A stretch of DNA of 55,479 bases, filler included, from Sphacelaria rigidula (Eukaryota), in NCBI GenBank assembly GCA_964200075.2. It is 3 parts of 3 records of this genome, joined end to end, with 100 filler letters (N's around TTAATTAATTAA, not from the genome) between each part and the next. Parts side by side here need not be neighbours in the genome. Positions count along the whole stretch, not along the records: positions 1 to 18,435 come from CAXNAA020000859.1; positions 18,536 to 36,958 come from CAXNAA020000860.1; 1 more part is not named here. The stretch is one strand, 5' to 3'. Position 1 is the first letter of the stretch; every line of letters starts with the position of its first letter. The translations under genes were made by a program, and so were the position numbers. A model generated the notes under the pieces. It made no database searches and was not told where the DNA came from. It saw only the letters and a program-made list of their open reading frames with translations. Shown here piece after piece: positions 10,701 through 22,238 of this stretch.

Positions 10701-12978
10701 TTCTCGGCAGACTAATGATTCCATCGACGTCTATGGCCCGTGCTTGAGCTCTTGACTTCCGTAATGTCAACGTGTTTGGCGGGAAAATATGCTGTGCACG
10801 TAGCCTGGGGTTGAGGTGTCCCTTTTCCCTGCCATCTGTCGTGCACTGATACACAACGAAATAAACAGGTGTGGACTTCGGTACGCGTAGAAAGACCCGT
10901 CTTCGGACTCCGATGGCTTCAGCGCCTCCTCGACCAACGACCCGATCTCGTCCATCGCGCCCTGCAGCTCAACGAGCGGGATGATTGGGACATGCTCGCT
11001 TTCAAATACACAGGTGAGGGACTTACGCATGTGGTGTGATGCTCGACAGGGTGATGGGCATGATGTCTGTATTGTACTCCACATACGCGTGTTGAAGCTC
11101 GGAGGGCGGATCAAACTAACGTGGACGGATTTTGCTCCCCGGAAGTCCTGTTTTTATGTGGTGGCATCGATGTGAAAGCACCAGTGAAATAAAGTCGAGA
11201 ACGTACATGCCGATAGAGAGGCCATCAATGTTCTGCTAGCTATGGTTCGCCTCCACTCCTCATGGTTGAGACCCGAATTGGGAAAGGCATGATTTCATGT
11301 GTCGCTGAGATTTGATCACTGAGACCCTCTAATGAGGTCTTCGAAATAGTGCAGCAGGAGCACGGGTGATGTGCCTAGCTCGAGATGTTACACATTTTAT
11401 TTCGTCCCACAGCCTTGAACACAATATGGTCGCAGCCCGTATCTTTGGTCGTGGTTCTCTCAACGGCTGTGATACTCACCGACTTGCCGTCGTCATCGTC
11501 CACAACGCGTGTTATTCTGTTTGATCGACCGTTTCAACCGTTTTCCGACGCGCTGCTCACGGATTATAATATTCAGCCTGAACAGTTCACAGCGTGACTC
11601 GACAACACGGTCTCATCTTGAACTTTTGTATTCCCGACAAGTTCCGTTGTAAAGCAGCATTTTTTACGAAGCTATGATGGTACCCTTCTAGCCCATTGCC
11701 CAAGTAGTTCGATGACATGAAGCGGTTCCCTGAAACCGCTGATGACAATTTCTTCACTCCTACCATTCCACACAGTTATGTCACATCCGAACGGTCTTGT
11801 GTCGGCGGTCACGTTACATCTTGAGTCGAGACTCGAGATGCCTCGGGCGTGGCTCGTCTGCCTAAAATTTGATGTGCACGTTGCTAAAACCATGGCCGAG
11901 ACCACTGATCGGTACCTCTTTCGACGCCTAATCGGTCACCAGTCGTTGACGATTCGGGGAAAAATTCATTTGAGGAAAAGTCTTTGACAATATATGGGGT
12001 TCTCAAGCCCTTGCGTTTATCCAAATTTGACTTCCTTATTCGGGTGAGGAAAGGTACACATCGACCATGTGATGATTTCCCGTACAGTTTCCACATGGTT
12101 TTGTTCAGGAGATGACAGCTTCGTTCCCCGAATATCAAGTCAAATGAGTCCGACCGTCTCCGTTAGCGACGTCTGTTCCAGTTCGCGCTGTTTGTCCAGT
12201 GCTGCTTTGATAATGTCCCGTGTCGTGAGTGGATCATGAGTGGTTAGGTCGCAAATCACACCATGGAAAATATCGCCGTGTTGTGGTTTCTAAGGACAAT
12301 TTTTGCCACAAACGACAGCTCCTAGCCAGTACTATTTACATGCATGTCTCGCCGAGTTTCGTACAAGAGACATGAAGGATCGCGACTCGTGAGTACACAT
12401 CTGCTTCCGGTTATAGGTGCCCTAAATCGGTTCTTGAGAGGGTAGCAAGTCTTCCGGGCGTGTCGAGATTCGCCCAGCCTTCCCCTGAGGCGTTGCATGG
12501 GATATGCACAGAGGTTAATCGGTTTCACGAGTTTTTTCCAGCATCAGTCGTCCACCACCAACGGCAGCCGAAGGCTACTGTACTCCCACTGGGTAGATAT
12601 CCTCGGACATTCAAATCCTGTTGATTGTTCTGCATGGGTTTCGCGTGCTACATATTATCGGTAGAGTCTATACAGGCATATCAACTACAGAGATCCAGCG
12701 TAGACAACAATGATGGCGCAGATACTAGGTAGATTTGAGATAAGGAGGGCAGAAGTGCAGTTCATGGAGAATGATTGATTGAGCTTACTGTCTCTGGCAC
12801 TGTCCCCTTTTTACATCTGTCCGTCTTTATTTTCCCCTGTGTAGAACATGATGACGACGATGACGAGGATGATGACGATGATGACGAGGAGAGCCCGCCG
12901 GTCCGACGAAGACTTCGTCGCCCCCCCCCACGCCGGCGACGCAGGCCGAGACCGGTGATGCGCCCTACCACGGCTTGA
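4688..12978 (+). CDS. JMJD6: JMJD6/PSR-like JmjC-domain 2OG-Fe(II) dioxygenase, spliced gene (5' end unresolved)
   Basis: Phase-consistent GT-AG exons 4688-4789, 6754-6896, 7653-7811, 8962-9405, (10147-10176), 10269-10422, 10869-11013, 12845-12978. Joined protein has JMJD6 hallmarks: [102 protein letters not shown]...RP. HxD...H triad intact. Confidence 0.92.
6361..6576. mobile_element. MITE family F2, copy 2, with internal CCCTAA-like repeats
   Basis: tgtaatgcgtgagatgacc...ggtcctctcacgcattaca; aacctcaaccctaaccctgactctaaccctaacc at 6484-6517; lies in a JMJD6-like intron. Confidence 0.75.
6754..6896 (+). CDS. JMJD6: JMJD6-like exon [23 protein letters not shown]...HMTLSNFM
   Basis: aacag| acceptor, AG|gttggt donor; W-x-A-x-x-x-W-T motif of the JMJD6 N-terminal region. 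Confidence 0.85.
7653..7811 (+). CDS. JMJD6: JMJD6-like exon [15 protein letters not shown]...[21 protein letters not shown]
   Basis: Not in the ORF track; cgaag| acceptor, AG|gtactc donor; DDSPLYxFD and RPPxR motifs. Confidence 0.9.
8414..8663. mobile_element. MITE family F3, copy 2 (internally deleted)
   Basis: gacactttccacgatagccccc...gggggctatcgtaaaaagtgcc; collinear with 4065-4300. Confidence 0.75.
8962..9405 (+). CDS. JMJD6: JMJD6-like exon with the HxD motif and acidic insertion
   Basis: [38 protein letters not shown]...[12 protein letters not shown]; aacag| acceptor, TT|gtgagt donor. Confidence 0.93.
10147..10176 (+). CDS. Candidate 30-nt exon ([10 protein letters not shown]) of the JMJD6-like gene
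   Basis: tatag| acceptor, CG|gttggt donor, phase 2-2. Frame-neutral, so the reading frame does not require it. Confidence 0.45.
10269..10422 (+). CDS. JMJD6: JMJD6-like exon with the distal metal-binding His
   Basis: [38 protein letters not shown]; aacag| acceptor, GAG|gtccgt donor. Confidence 0.93.
10869..11013 (+). CDS. JMJD6: JMJD6-like exon [48 protein letters not shown]
   Basis: Not in the ORF track; aacag| acceptor, G|gtgagg donor; parallels JMJD6 VWHKTVRGRPKLSRKW..LKQEHPELA. Confidence 0.88.
12845..12978 (+). CDS. JMJD6: JMJD6-like terminal exon: poly-Asp/Glu tract then Arg/Pro-rich tail
   Basis: Pyrimidine tract + tgtag| acceptor; phase 1 matches the preceding donor; ends at TGA 12976-12978. 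Confidence 0.75.
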
Positions 12979-14619
12979 GCCGAAGGGACATGCGGTGTGG
13001 CCTTGTTGTCGGTGCCGAAAAATGACATACCGACCGTAGCGCTCAAAAACGGGGCGATGAGGTGTAACGAATTTGTGGGATGAGTATCTCAACAAGTATT
13101 ATGCCCCTGCTTTTGAATGTGATGTTTTCGTTGATGCCCGGCATATTTTACACTTGGCGTACACCACCGGCATGTGATAATATTAATTGGTCGTGTATTT
13201 GTTCATCAGTCCGTGCGGGGGGTATGCGTGAGGACACTGATGCCTGCCGGCGTTTTAGTCACCATGTGGTATGAGGCGCCGTTAAAGTATCCAAAAGTGT
13301 ATGATCTGGTTGTGAGAGTAAGGTTGGGCTTCAGAAACATTTTGGCACGACATTATGCCTCGTACATGAACGTGCGCATACCTTCGACGCGCATTCCGCC
13401 TGGACTGGTGCATTTTCCCACGTGATTGTGATGTAAAACTTTTACGTTTGTAGTGACAGTGGGATAATACTGCCTGGGGGAGAACAACTAGCGTGTTCTT
13501 GACCGTCCTTGCAGCCGTGGAAATGACTTGACTTCAACACATAGTTTGGTTTGCTTGGCGTTTTGATTAAAACTTTCGGGTTCGTTTCTCCAAGTCCTGG
13601 AAGCAGATCATAACTCGGCTAAAAAAGGCATCTCCGAAGCAATCGAGTTCTCATGTGGGATGATCGGCTACTACGTGGTCCGTAGGTTGAGTTCACCTGC
13701 CTTGTTGTGGGATGTTATTCGGTGCAAACGTTCATGAGTTGACGTCGCTGACCGCTAGTTGACTCGAGGTACGAGGGCCTATAGATCCCATCACAGCCGT
13801 ATATGGTGTCTGATGTCTTCGGCGTCATGTGAGAAATATTTTATCATCAAGCCACGTTTTCCTTGGCGAAAATTTCGAGTAAAATAGGCGAAGGTTCAGG
13901 GTACTCCATCTGACTCATTTTGTGAGCAAGGGAAAATCAAGGCGCACGAGATTGATGATACTTGCTTCTGGAAGAGTTCGGTATGGCGAGTGGCATCCAA
14001 TTACCGCCCACGGTAGCACGTGAAGGAAAACGATCTACTTGCCGGCAAATATTTTTGATTCCTCTTTCGCGGGGTACCAAGACTTTCGAGTGCAAAAAAG
14101 GGGTCTGTTTCCGAGAAGCATCCACCCCAAACGTGGAGAGGCCAAAACACGACCTTTACACTCAAATGTCTGAGTTGATCGTTGCTAGCATCAGCTAGTT
14201 GGGATGCGGAGATGGTGACTTCGTGATCCTGGTGTGGCGCACAACTTTGTTCGGGTATAGTGCGACCGTACAGTAGCACCACCACTTCAAAACCAGTCCC
14301 GTGTTTCAAACAAGGGCGCGCGGCTACGTACGCTGGATGTCGACGTGCTTTGAAATATCTACGCCTCTACATGCGTAATGGCGATGTACAAAAATCTGAT
14401 ACTCCTTTGCCTTCTGCGAAGGGAGTCTCAATATGTTTTTTCGGTACAGAGAATAAATGGTTGAAGTTCCGAGGGTTCACCCCTTCGAGTTAGACGGAAA
14501 TCCTCACAGTGGATAACGTTGAACAAGAGATCACGGTCTTTGAAAATTCGAACATGCACATTCATGTGCATAACGCGCCCGATAACGAACATGGTACTAA
14601 ACAATGCAGCCTCGGTTCC

Positions 14620-15315
14620 AATTTTCAAACTGGTTGTTGTCTCAGCCCATTCCAGATTCGGCATTAGAATTCTGTGACCTAAAACACTGTCGTTATTCCG
14701 GAATACTTTTCAGAAACAAGCAAAACTTTTTGAGAAACTGCTCGAACCATGACGCCATTTATATGGAGTACAGGATAGTACACTCGAAACAAGATACTTT
14801 CGCGGTGGTGGATGGTGATTAAAATACTATCCTCGACACGAGACAAGTGGCCGTTCTGCAGTGTTTTTTTTAGTTTTGGAACCTAGGTACGTGCGTGCAT
14901 TGACGGGCTGTATTCAGGTTCGAAAACGTCGAACCGAGATGTGTACGCACGTTCAGAAATGGGGGGGCCGTGGAAGTGGTCGTGAGTCCAAGCAAACGGT
15001 AAAACTGCGAGTCCCTCTGATAACGTGCGCGGATTGACGGGCTGTACTCAGATTCGAAAACCTCGAACCACATATCCGCGCCCCGCAGATGGATTTCTAC
15101 TCCATGTTTCAAATTGGTTGTTGTCTCAGACTAATCCAGATTCGGCATTAGATTTCTGTGACAGAAAACACTCCCGTTTTTTCGGAATTCCTTTAAAAAA
15201 CGAGAACCTCTCAAAAACCAAGAACTTTTTGAAAAACGAGCGGAACGTTTTGAGAAACTACTAGAACCATGACCCCAGTGTCTTGAGTACAGGGTAGTAC
15301 ACTCAACACAAGATA
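14620..15315. repeat. Locally duplicated repeat (14620-14800 / 15105-15315; 14893-14935 / 15025-15070)
   Basis: tttcaaa.tggttgttgtctcag...ccagattcggcattaga.ttctgtgac occurs twice. Confidence 0.7.
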
Positions 15316-17599
15316 ACACGGACCTTCTGTGTGTGTTACCGGCTGGTGCGTCCACACATACCAAAATGTCTAGACCGGCGTCCACAATGGACGAGACGAG
15401 CACACACACAAACGCACAGTGTACATACACATGCCGCGCAGCAGACATCAGACAACTTCTAGCCTGCCGATGTGTGGGGGGGTGGTGTTGCTCTGTTGCA
15501 GCGGAAGCTTCTAAACCCAACAGCGAAGGAAAGAGGCAGATGCCCGCAACAGAAGCTCTGCCCAAAGCGGAGATGACTAAAGAATACCGGAAACGGAGCG
15601 CACACAACTGACTGCCCGGAGCGGAAGGAGGAGGAAGAGATCATTGATCGGGGGTGGGGATGGGGTTATGTGCAGAGACGATCGGCTGCGTACATTTCGT
15701 CGGCGTGAGCCGCACACAGCATCTTCTACCCTGTGGTGTTTATGGTCTATGTTACCATGCTTTCGTCGTTCGGATGGCATATACCATGCTTTTCTTCGTC
15801 ACATCTCAGTTTTGAGCACGTGTTCTTCGAACTGAATTGAACTAGTACAGCTTTGATTACATTACGGCCAGCGATGTGTCGATTTTGCTTGCGAGAGCGC
15901 ACTGCGGCCAACACCACGCATGCATCAACATCAATAGCTCCGTGTCTGTTGTGTCGCAAAGGGGGATTTTGCCCGTCTGTCGGCGAATGTTTCGTGTCAA
16001 GATCCCGGCGCAAAAAAAACGAAAGCGCAGACAGTGATATCCATTTTTCTAATGAAACACGCGTGATGCGAACAACACTCGCGATGCATGCAGTACAGAC
16101 TGCCCACGCACCTAAGACTTGAAGAGACAGGACCGCACTGACCGTACACACAAGACCACAGTATAAGCAGTAGTGTTACTGCTGTAGTATCTACAGGGCT
16201 TGGGAACCTGGGCAGTCTGTACTGTATTCGAGTGCTGTTTGCAACACGTTGCATGCAGACATGAACTGAGCTACATTGCTGGGCGGCCAATCTACATTCA
16301 GAGTGTCTGCCAACACTCGTCATGGACACTGCCCTGTTTTGTTCTCATGGGGGTAAGGGGTAAGGGGCATCACGCTAGTGGCGAGCGAAGGACAATAAAG
16401 CAAGACGCTGACTGCCCGCGAGCACCAGCGACAGCAGTGATTGATGATGGCAGCCAAGCCATCACTACAAGCAGCATTTTTGTGAGGTTGAGGGTAGAGT
16501 ATACGATTGAGAGTGAAAAGCGGTCAATAAGTGCATTACCCGTTTCAGTTCCGGAATACCCTTCCACGAGGTCCAGTATGCTTTCTGTAGTAGCTTGCCA
16601 CTGAGGCCCTTGATATCCTTGAGTATGATATTCACGTGTAGCTTGTAGCACATGCCAGTGATAGAGGGGTGAAAATGTGCACACGGAATGAATAATTGGC
16701 TGGGTTGAAGCGAATTAATAAAGCCACTCCCAATCAACGCTCTACTCTCAATCTCACGAAAAAGTTTACAGCCAATGCATACAATACAGTACTGTTGTGT
16801 GTACTCTCTTTCCTTTCAGTCAAGTACTACCGTGTAGTGAAAATCACGACCGTCACCTCTACAGTATTAGTACAGCAAGGCGGTGTTCGTATTGATCGTC
16901 TTCCGTCACGCAGCCCACCATGTACTGCTCAGGCGATATATCACAACAGTATCCTGCCCTACAGTACAGTACAACAAAAGAAGTGTGATCGGTGTTAGAC
17001 CCACTTTGTATGGCAACGAATCTCGATTTGTACAAATATGAGGATTTCAGCCCGTCTACAGGCGATTTTCTGCCGTGGATTGATTTTTCGGACCCCAGTG
17101 CGCTGGGCGTAGCTTTTCCAGGGATGTGCACGGATTAAAAATGAATCCGCGGAGTGGATTATTACGGTGCGGTTTGTCAATCCGCACCGCTCCGTGGCAC
17201 TTGTAGGGGGCGGATATCCGCTCCGCTCCGTGACAATGAAAAAGAACCCGCTCTGCTCCGTATTGATCACAGCTCCGCAGTTGGAACCGTGAAACGCCGT
17301 TTTCTATGGTGCGGTTTTATCCACTCCGTAGGTAATCCGTGCGACCTCCGTGGCATAAATTACAGATCGAACCTCTAAAAAGACACGGATTTCCACGGAC
17401 GAATTTGTTCTGAATGCCGGATAACTTTGAATTCGTCGTATCAAAATATCGTTCTCGATAAGCAATTCGCCGACACGGTTCTGGAAGTCTGCACTCCGTA
17501 CTCCATCCGAGCGTCCTCCGTAGCATTTCTCGGATCAAATCGCTGAATAATTTTTCGAATTTTCGCACGTGGTATCCGTTATTGGCGCTCAAGAGTCCT

Positions 17600-18130
17600 G
17601 ACGTCGATAGGTGTTGGGAAGAGAAGCAGGTCGTGTTGACAACACAGCCCTCAGTTGGTGTTGTCGGGGTGACACAGAATAAGTACCTTGTTCATCAGGG
17701 GGTGTTATCGATCGTCACTGGTCCGAAAAATAGCTTTTTCAGCTGTAGCCCGACTGTGCATGGTCTGCATTTCGTTGGCATGAGGGCCAGGTTCTGCATT
17801 TCGTTAGAGTTTTCGCCAGAAAAAGGTGAGAATTACAAACAAAAAAAAGCTCACTTTCATTTGTTCAAGAGAACGATTGGGATTGCTTCAATCGAGCAAA
17901 AATACTGGAGGGTCAGAACCTGGGGCTGGGCAGTCTTAGGACCCCCGAAAACCGGTCAGCCCGTAAGGTCCAATCATGAGCGCAGATGTGATCTTATTTT
18001 GGAATATGGAGGGGATGCCTAGTAGATCCACAAACTTTGGGATCAACTGCGTCCACTGGGATAGGCGGTGGTACGCGAAAACACTTCCGAATATCCCCGA
18101 CTACGACAACACTACGAAAATCTCCCTGTT
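17600..18130. mobile_element. F4-related repeat copy
   Basis: ggggtgttatcga...caagag.acgat.gg.attgc.tcaatcgagcaaaa...ggacccccgaaaacc; inverted homologue at 36000-36450. Confidence 0.6.
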
Positions 18131-18435
18131 CAGTTGAAAACTACCGTGCTGCTATTGACGCCATTCTTGAGGAGTGTATTCCATTCTTTTTCTTGCGGTG
18201 GATATTGCCTTGTGTCCTGGGTCAAGCGCTGCTGCTGTTGCGCGTCTGCCACACCGCCCCCGTCACCCTGTCCTGGTGGGCGATATTCAAACTTCAAATA
18301 TGTACTACTGTTCATGATTTTCATTCCATTTTCTTTTTTTTCTCCAGGGATTCGACCTTACATGTGCGGTATTTAATCCGCCATCCCCCCTGTCCAGCAG
18401 CTGGTAGTCAAAGCAAAACAACTCATTTCGTTTTC

Positions 18436-18535
18436 NNNNNNNNNNNNNNNNNNNNNNNNNNNNNNNNNNNNNNNNNNNNTTAATTAATTAANNNNNNNNN
18501 NNNNNNNNNNNNNNNNNNNNNNNNNNNNNNNNNNN
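18436..18535. other. Artificial scaffold gap: 44 N + TTAATTAATTAA + 44 N
   Basis: Exactly 100 nt with a six-frame stop linker in the centre. Confidence 0.97.
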
Positions 18536-18688
18536 CAATTGCGGGGTATTTTGAAAGTCGTACTTGAAGTACACAAATTGGGGGTAAAATTTCAGGAATC
18601 GCTTCCCAGCTATTTTTTGGGTACGGCTTCCAACACTCTACCCTAACTTGAGTACCCCAAGTACGTCTTTCAAAATACCCCGCAATCG
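18536..18688. mobile_element. Short hairpin MITE adjacent to a scaffold gap
   Basis: attgcggggtattttgaaag.cgtacttg..gtac.caa.tt is inverted at 18645-18686 (~50-bp arms). Confidence 0.65.
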
Positions 18689-18959
18689 AGTATACTCTAC
18701 TCGACCTTCCCTTGAAATATTGCTCCCGGGTGTGTCTGCTGGTGTGGTTATTGTTGTCTGAAGCTATAATGTTGCATCAATGGTTCGAGCTTGGACTTAT
18801 TACAGGCGCATGAGTGGTGGTGGTTTGTTTCACTGTCTTTTTTTTGCTCACCTAGGGGTAGTATCCTGAGCAAAACAAATACCTGAGTAGATGATGCTAT
18901 AGTAGCGATGGGGTACTAAAATAAGTATCCATGTAAAGATGTTCATGCTTAATTTCCTA

Positions 18960-19509
18960 CAGTAGTGGGCGGTCTAACCATTCAGCGAGGTTTTGGGATT
19001 TTCCTCGCGTACTACTCTTCGATAAAACTCGAAATTGCGAGCGTCGGTAGATATTGATACAATTAACAGATCATCCTCAAAACACAGTGCCCAAGTCAGA
19101 GCTAGTTGGTGCTATCGGGCGAAACGAGTAAATGCCCCGTTCATCAGGAGGGTGTTATTGACCGTGAAACACAGTTTTTCGGCTCTAGTGCAATGAGTAG
19201 GCTGAATTTCAAAAAATAAAGTTGCAATTTTTTTCGAAATATGATCGGGACAGGCTCGATCGACCGAAAATACCCAAGAGTAATAATCTGGGCTGAAACG
19301 TCTCAGGACCCCCGATGACCGATCAACCCGTAAGTCACTCACTATTGAGTACAGATGGTGATTTTTCTCGGAATGTGGAGCAGATACAAATATCTTCAGG
19401 TCCCCAATGTAATAAGCGGTGGCAAGCGAAAAGAGCCCAAGCAAAAAATCGCAAATCACGCAGAAATCGCAAAATGCCTCAAAATAAATAGTTAAAGCAC
19501 CCACTACTG
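18960..19509. mobile_element. Tc1/mariner-type MITE family F4 with TA target-site duplication
   Basis: TA|CAGTAGTGGGcggtctaac...gttaaagcaCCCACTACTG|TA; core ggacccccga..ccg.caacccgtaagtc is shared with 17600-18130, 35965-36450 and 54100-54870. Confidence 0.8.
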
Positions 19510-20232
19510 TAAACTGCTGTAGTCAGGGCACACGAGGTTCAAGCTCAACATTGTCGGTCTTCTACGCCCTGTTGCGCCGATACCGTCTACACTGATGGCC
19601 GTGGTGTGGGATCAAATGCACCCTCCTTCTACGCACTGTTCAAAACCGGCTTACCCCGCGGTATCAGCATGCACACTTGAAGTACGAATTAGCGCCAGGA
19701 CCATCACGAAGAAAAATTCCATGTCGCACATGGTTTCAGAGTGCATAAAGCGCCTCATGGGTGGTAATAGCGGAAACGATCCCAAGCGTGGGGGTTCCCA
19801 GCTGCTCGGTGTGCTCGGCTTTTGTCAGTTTGATTTCACATGTACAATAGATTTGTCTCCTTTAAACCGCAGCCCCTTTTATGGGGGGGGAGTTACCGCG
19901 GCACCCGTCATTGTTCAACCACTAGGACGTACAGTACATGTCAGCCGTGGTGCGAATATCTCAATTGTAATGCAACAACACTGTTTTCTAGTGGAGTGTT
20001 TTGAAAGTCCGCAATATTGAGTTCGACCACAGCTTTCACGGAGTTGAAGAAATACGGCATTTGCGGGCGTGGAGCTCGGGTAGCTGATCGAGAGACTCGT
20101 GCAGATTGACTGGACGAGGTACGAGGTAGCACATGACAGATGCATGCAACATGATACCGGACGCTTGGATACAGTCGTTGGAAGACGCACGTCATGAGGA
20201 AGGATACGTGTGTATATACACCTGGATAGAAA

Positions 20233-20580
20233 CTGGTCGCCCGGGTGGCTCAGTTGGTAACCTCGAAACCTTCTCACGGCTGAGTGGTGAGTTCGGATCT
20301 CGGTGCAGTCACACCATCTGGAATTCTTCCTCACACTACACCCAATAATGGAGAGCGATCCCGTCGTGGGTACACGAAACTGCGACTTCACGGTCCACGA
20401 GGGAAAGGGACCGCTAAACCCCTCTCGCGACAAAAAATAAGGCACCCACGCAACAGAAGGAAGGATATCTCATTGTAGACCTCCCTCCTCTATGACCCCG
20501 GCTGATGCGCCCACTTGTACCAAAAAAGTGTATAGACTGGCGTCCAGAATAATAGATGTGATGACAACACACACAGAGAA
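20233..20580 (+). mobile_element. tRNA-derived SINE, apparently full length
   Basis: A box TGGCTCAGTTGG (20246) and degenerate B box; body and tail (cggctg.tgcg.ccac...gac.ggcgtccagaat...acacac) recur at 47140-47350, 15340-15410 and inverted at 53800-53860. Confidence 0.7.
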
Positions 20581-22110
20581 CACGTACATACAGATGAAAA
20601 CAAACGATCAGAATAAAAACGGGCGTTCGAATTCAAAGCGGAACACAAACACCTGAAAAACAGTGACGCAAAGCAAAGACGAACACATTCGCCCCTCATA
20701 TCCCACACACATACGAAGAGAGGATGACTTTGATAAAACTTCAAACGCTTGTCATACGACACTTGAAAACATCAAAATTATAATGGAGGCACGTAACTTG
20801 CAGCAAAAAAACGAACTGTACGAGTAAATAGCGTACGTATACTGTCCTCATTTCTTCACATACTTGGTTTTAGTGCGCACCGTTGCGTTCTGCATGTTCT
20901 GTCGAATTCGAAAAGTTCCCACATGCCTTCATGAGGCACATGATACTGGGCGACCTGATCACGAAAACCTCTCATAGATGTAGCGCATATCCACCGCGGG
21001 GTCGGTAGTCCACGTATGCTGGAGGTAAGTGGGAAGAAAGTGCATTCTTCGGTCAACACCCCCCACGATTAGGGTACTTCAGTCATATGTGAGGGTGTCC
21101 GTGATGGCTGTCTGTCAGGAGTCTTTGCCGCACGGGGGTCAAACCCCAAGGGTGAGAATAACAAGTTTGGATCGTATTACGGAGGTCTCTGTTCACCAAT
21201 CACAAGAGCAAAAGTTGGCCATACTACATCACGAGCGCGTATTCCCTGCTTGCTCGGCAACCCCTGCCCATCATGCAGGGATCATGCGGATAGCTGTTGA
21301 GTGCAAAGCGACCCTGTTTGAGCTGTTCCAGGGGGCAAGACGAGCGATAGACACAGAAACTCTGGCAGGAATCAAAGACCCCTGACAGCCACCTTGTCCC
21401 TTACCCCCCCACGGCAAAATAATGCTTCCGAGACGGTCCAACCTTACTTCACGATCCTGTGGAGTGATGGGTTCACAGACAAATAAAAGTAGAGTGCCGA
21501 TCCGGATGCCTTTTTGTGAGGTGTATGCTGAAAATCTTGCTGCACATCTCACGGGACGATAACTCTACTACTAAGGGCAGATTAATATTGACGACAGGTC
21601 CCGACATGATAGCTGCCTTCTCCCTCGAAGGCTAACGATGCGGCTGAATCGCGCAAAGCGAAGACCTCAAAATCTGCCGTGCTCTCGACAGTGTGTTTGC
21701 CCCCCCGGGCACGTGACTCTGGGCTTAATTCCTCTCAATGCGCCGAACAAAGCATGGCCGTCCCTCGCCCATCCACACCGCTGCTGCGTGCATACTCGAT
21801 GGCAGCTAGCCAGCACTGCTCTACCCTCTCTCGGCCCCGAACGCACCACGCCATGCAGCCATCTCAAATTCCTCACAGAGGTCGTAGACTTCACCACTTC
21901 ACCAACAAATCGAGCTCCACTATTCACAGGTGACGATGGTGCCAAAGTTCGCGTTCCACCCAACTCAGCGACCTGCTTCGATTCGCCACTCCTCCCCACT
22001 GAATTCCATGTATGATAGAACGGAATCCGACCTTGATTTCGTCCTTTACTGTTATCGACCACGGACTTGAACTGAACTACACCAGGAGACAAGAAAAAGA
22101 AGAGGTAACT

Positions 22111-22238
22111 TCAACCCTGGAACTTGCCCCAAATGTGAAGCAGTACGACACAGCCAATGAACACGAGCGAAAACACTAAAACCACCGTGGGACCGATGCG
22201 TAGGCCCGGGGCGTCGTCCGTGTAGAACTTAAGGATAC
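22111..22238 (-). CDS. SEC61B: Sec61 beta terminal exon (conserved core and C-terminal transmembrane anchor)
   Basis: cccag| acceptor; [36 protein letters not shown]. Confidence 0.96.

Noticed and set aside
18480-18491. TTAATTAATTAA palindrome as a biological site (also 37003-37014)
   Set aside because: Centred in fixed 100-nt N blocks; an assembly spacer with stops in all six frames.
20860-22080. ORFs downstream of Sec61 beta
   Set aside because: Short, overlapping on both strands, with no recognisable domain; more likely long 3' UTR or intergenic sequence.
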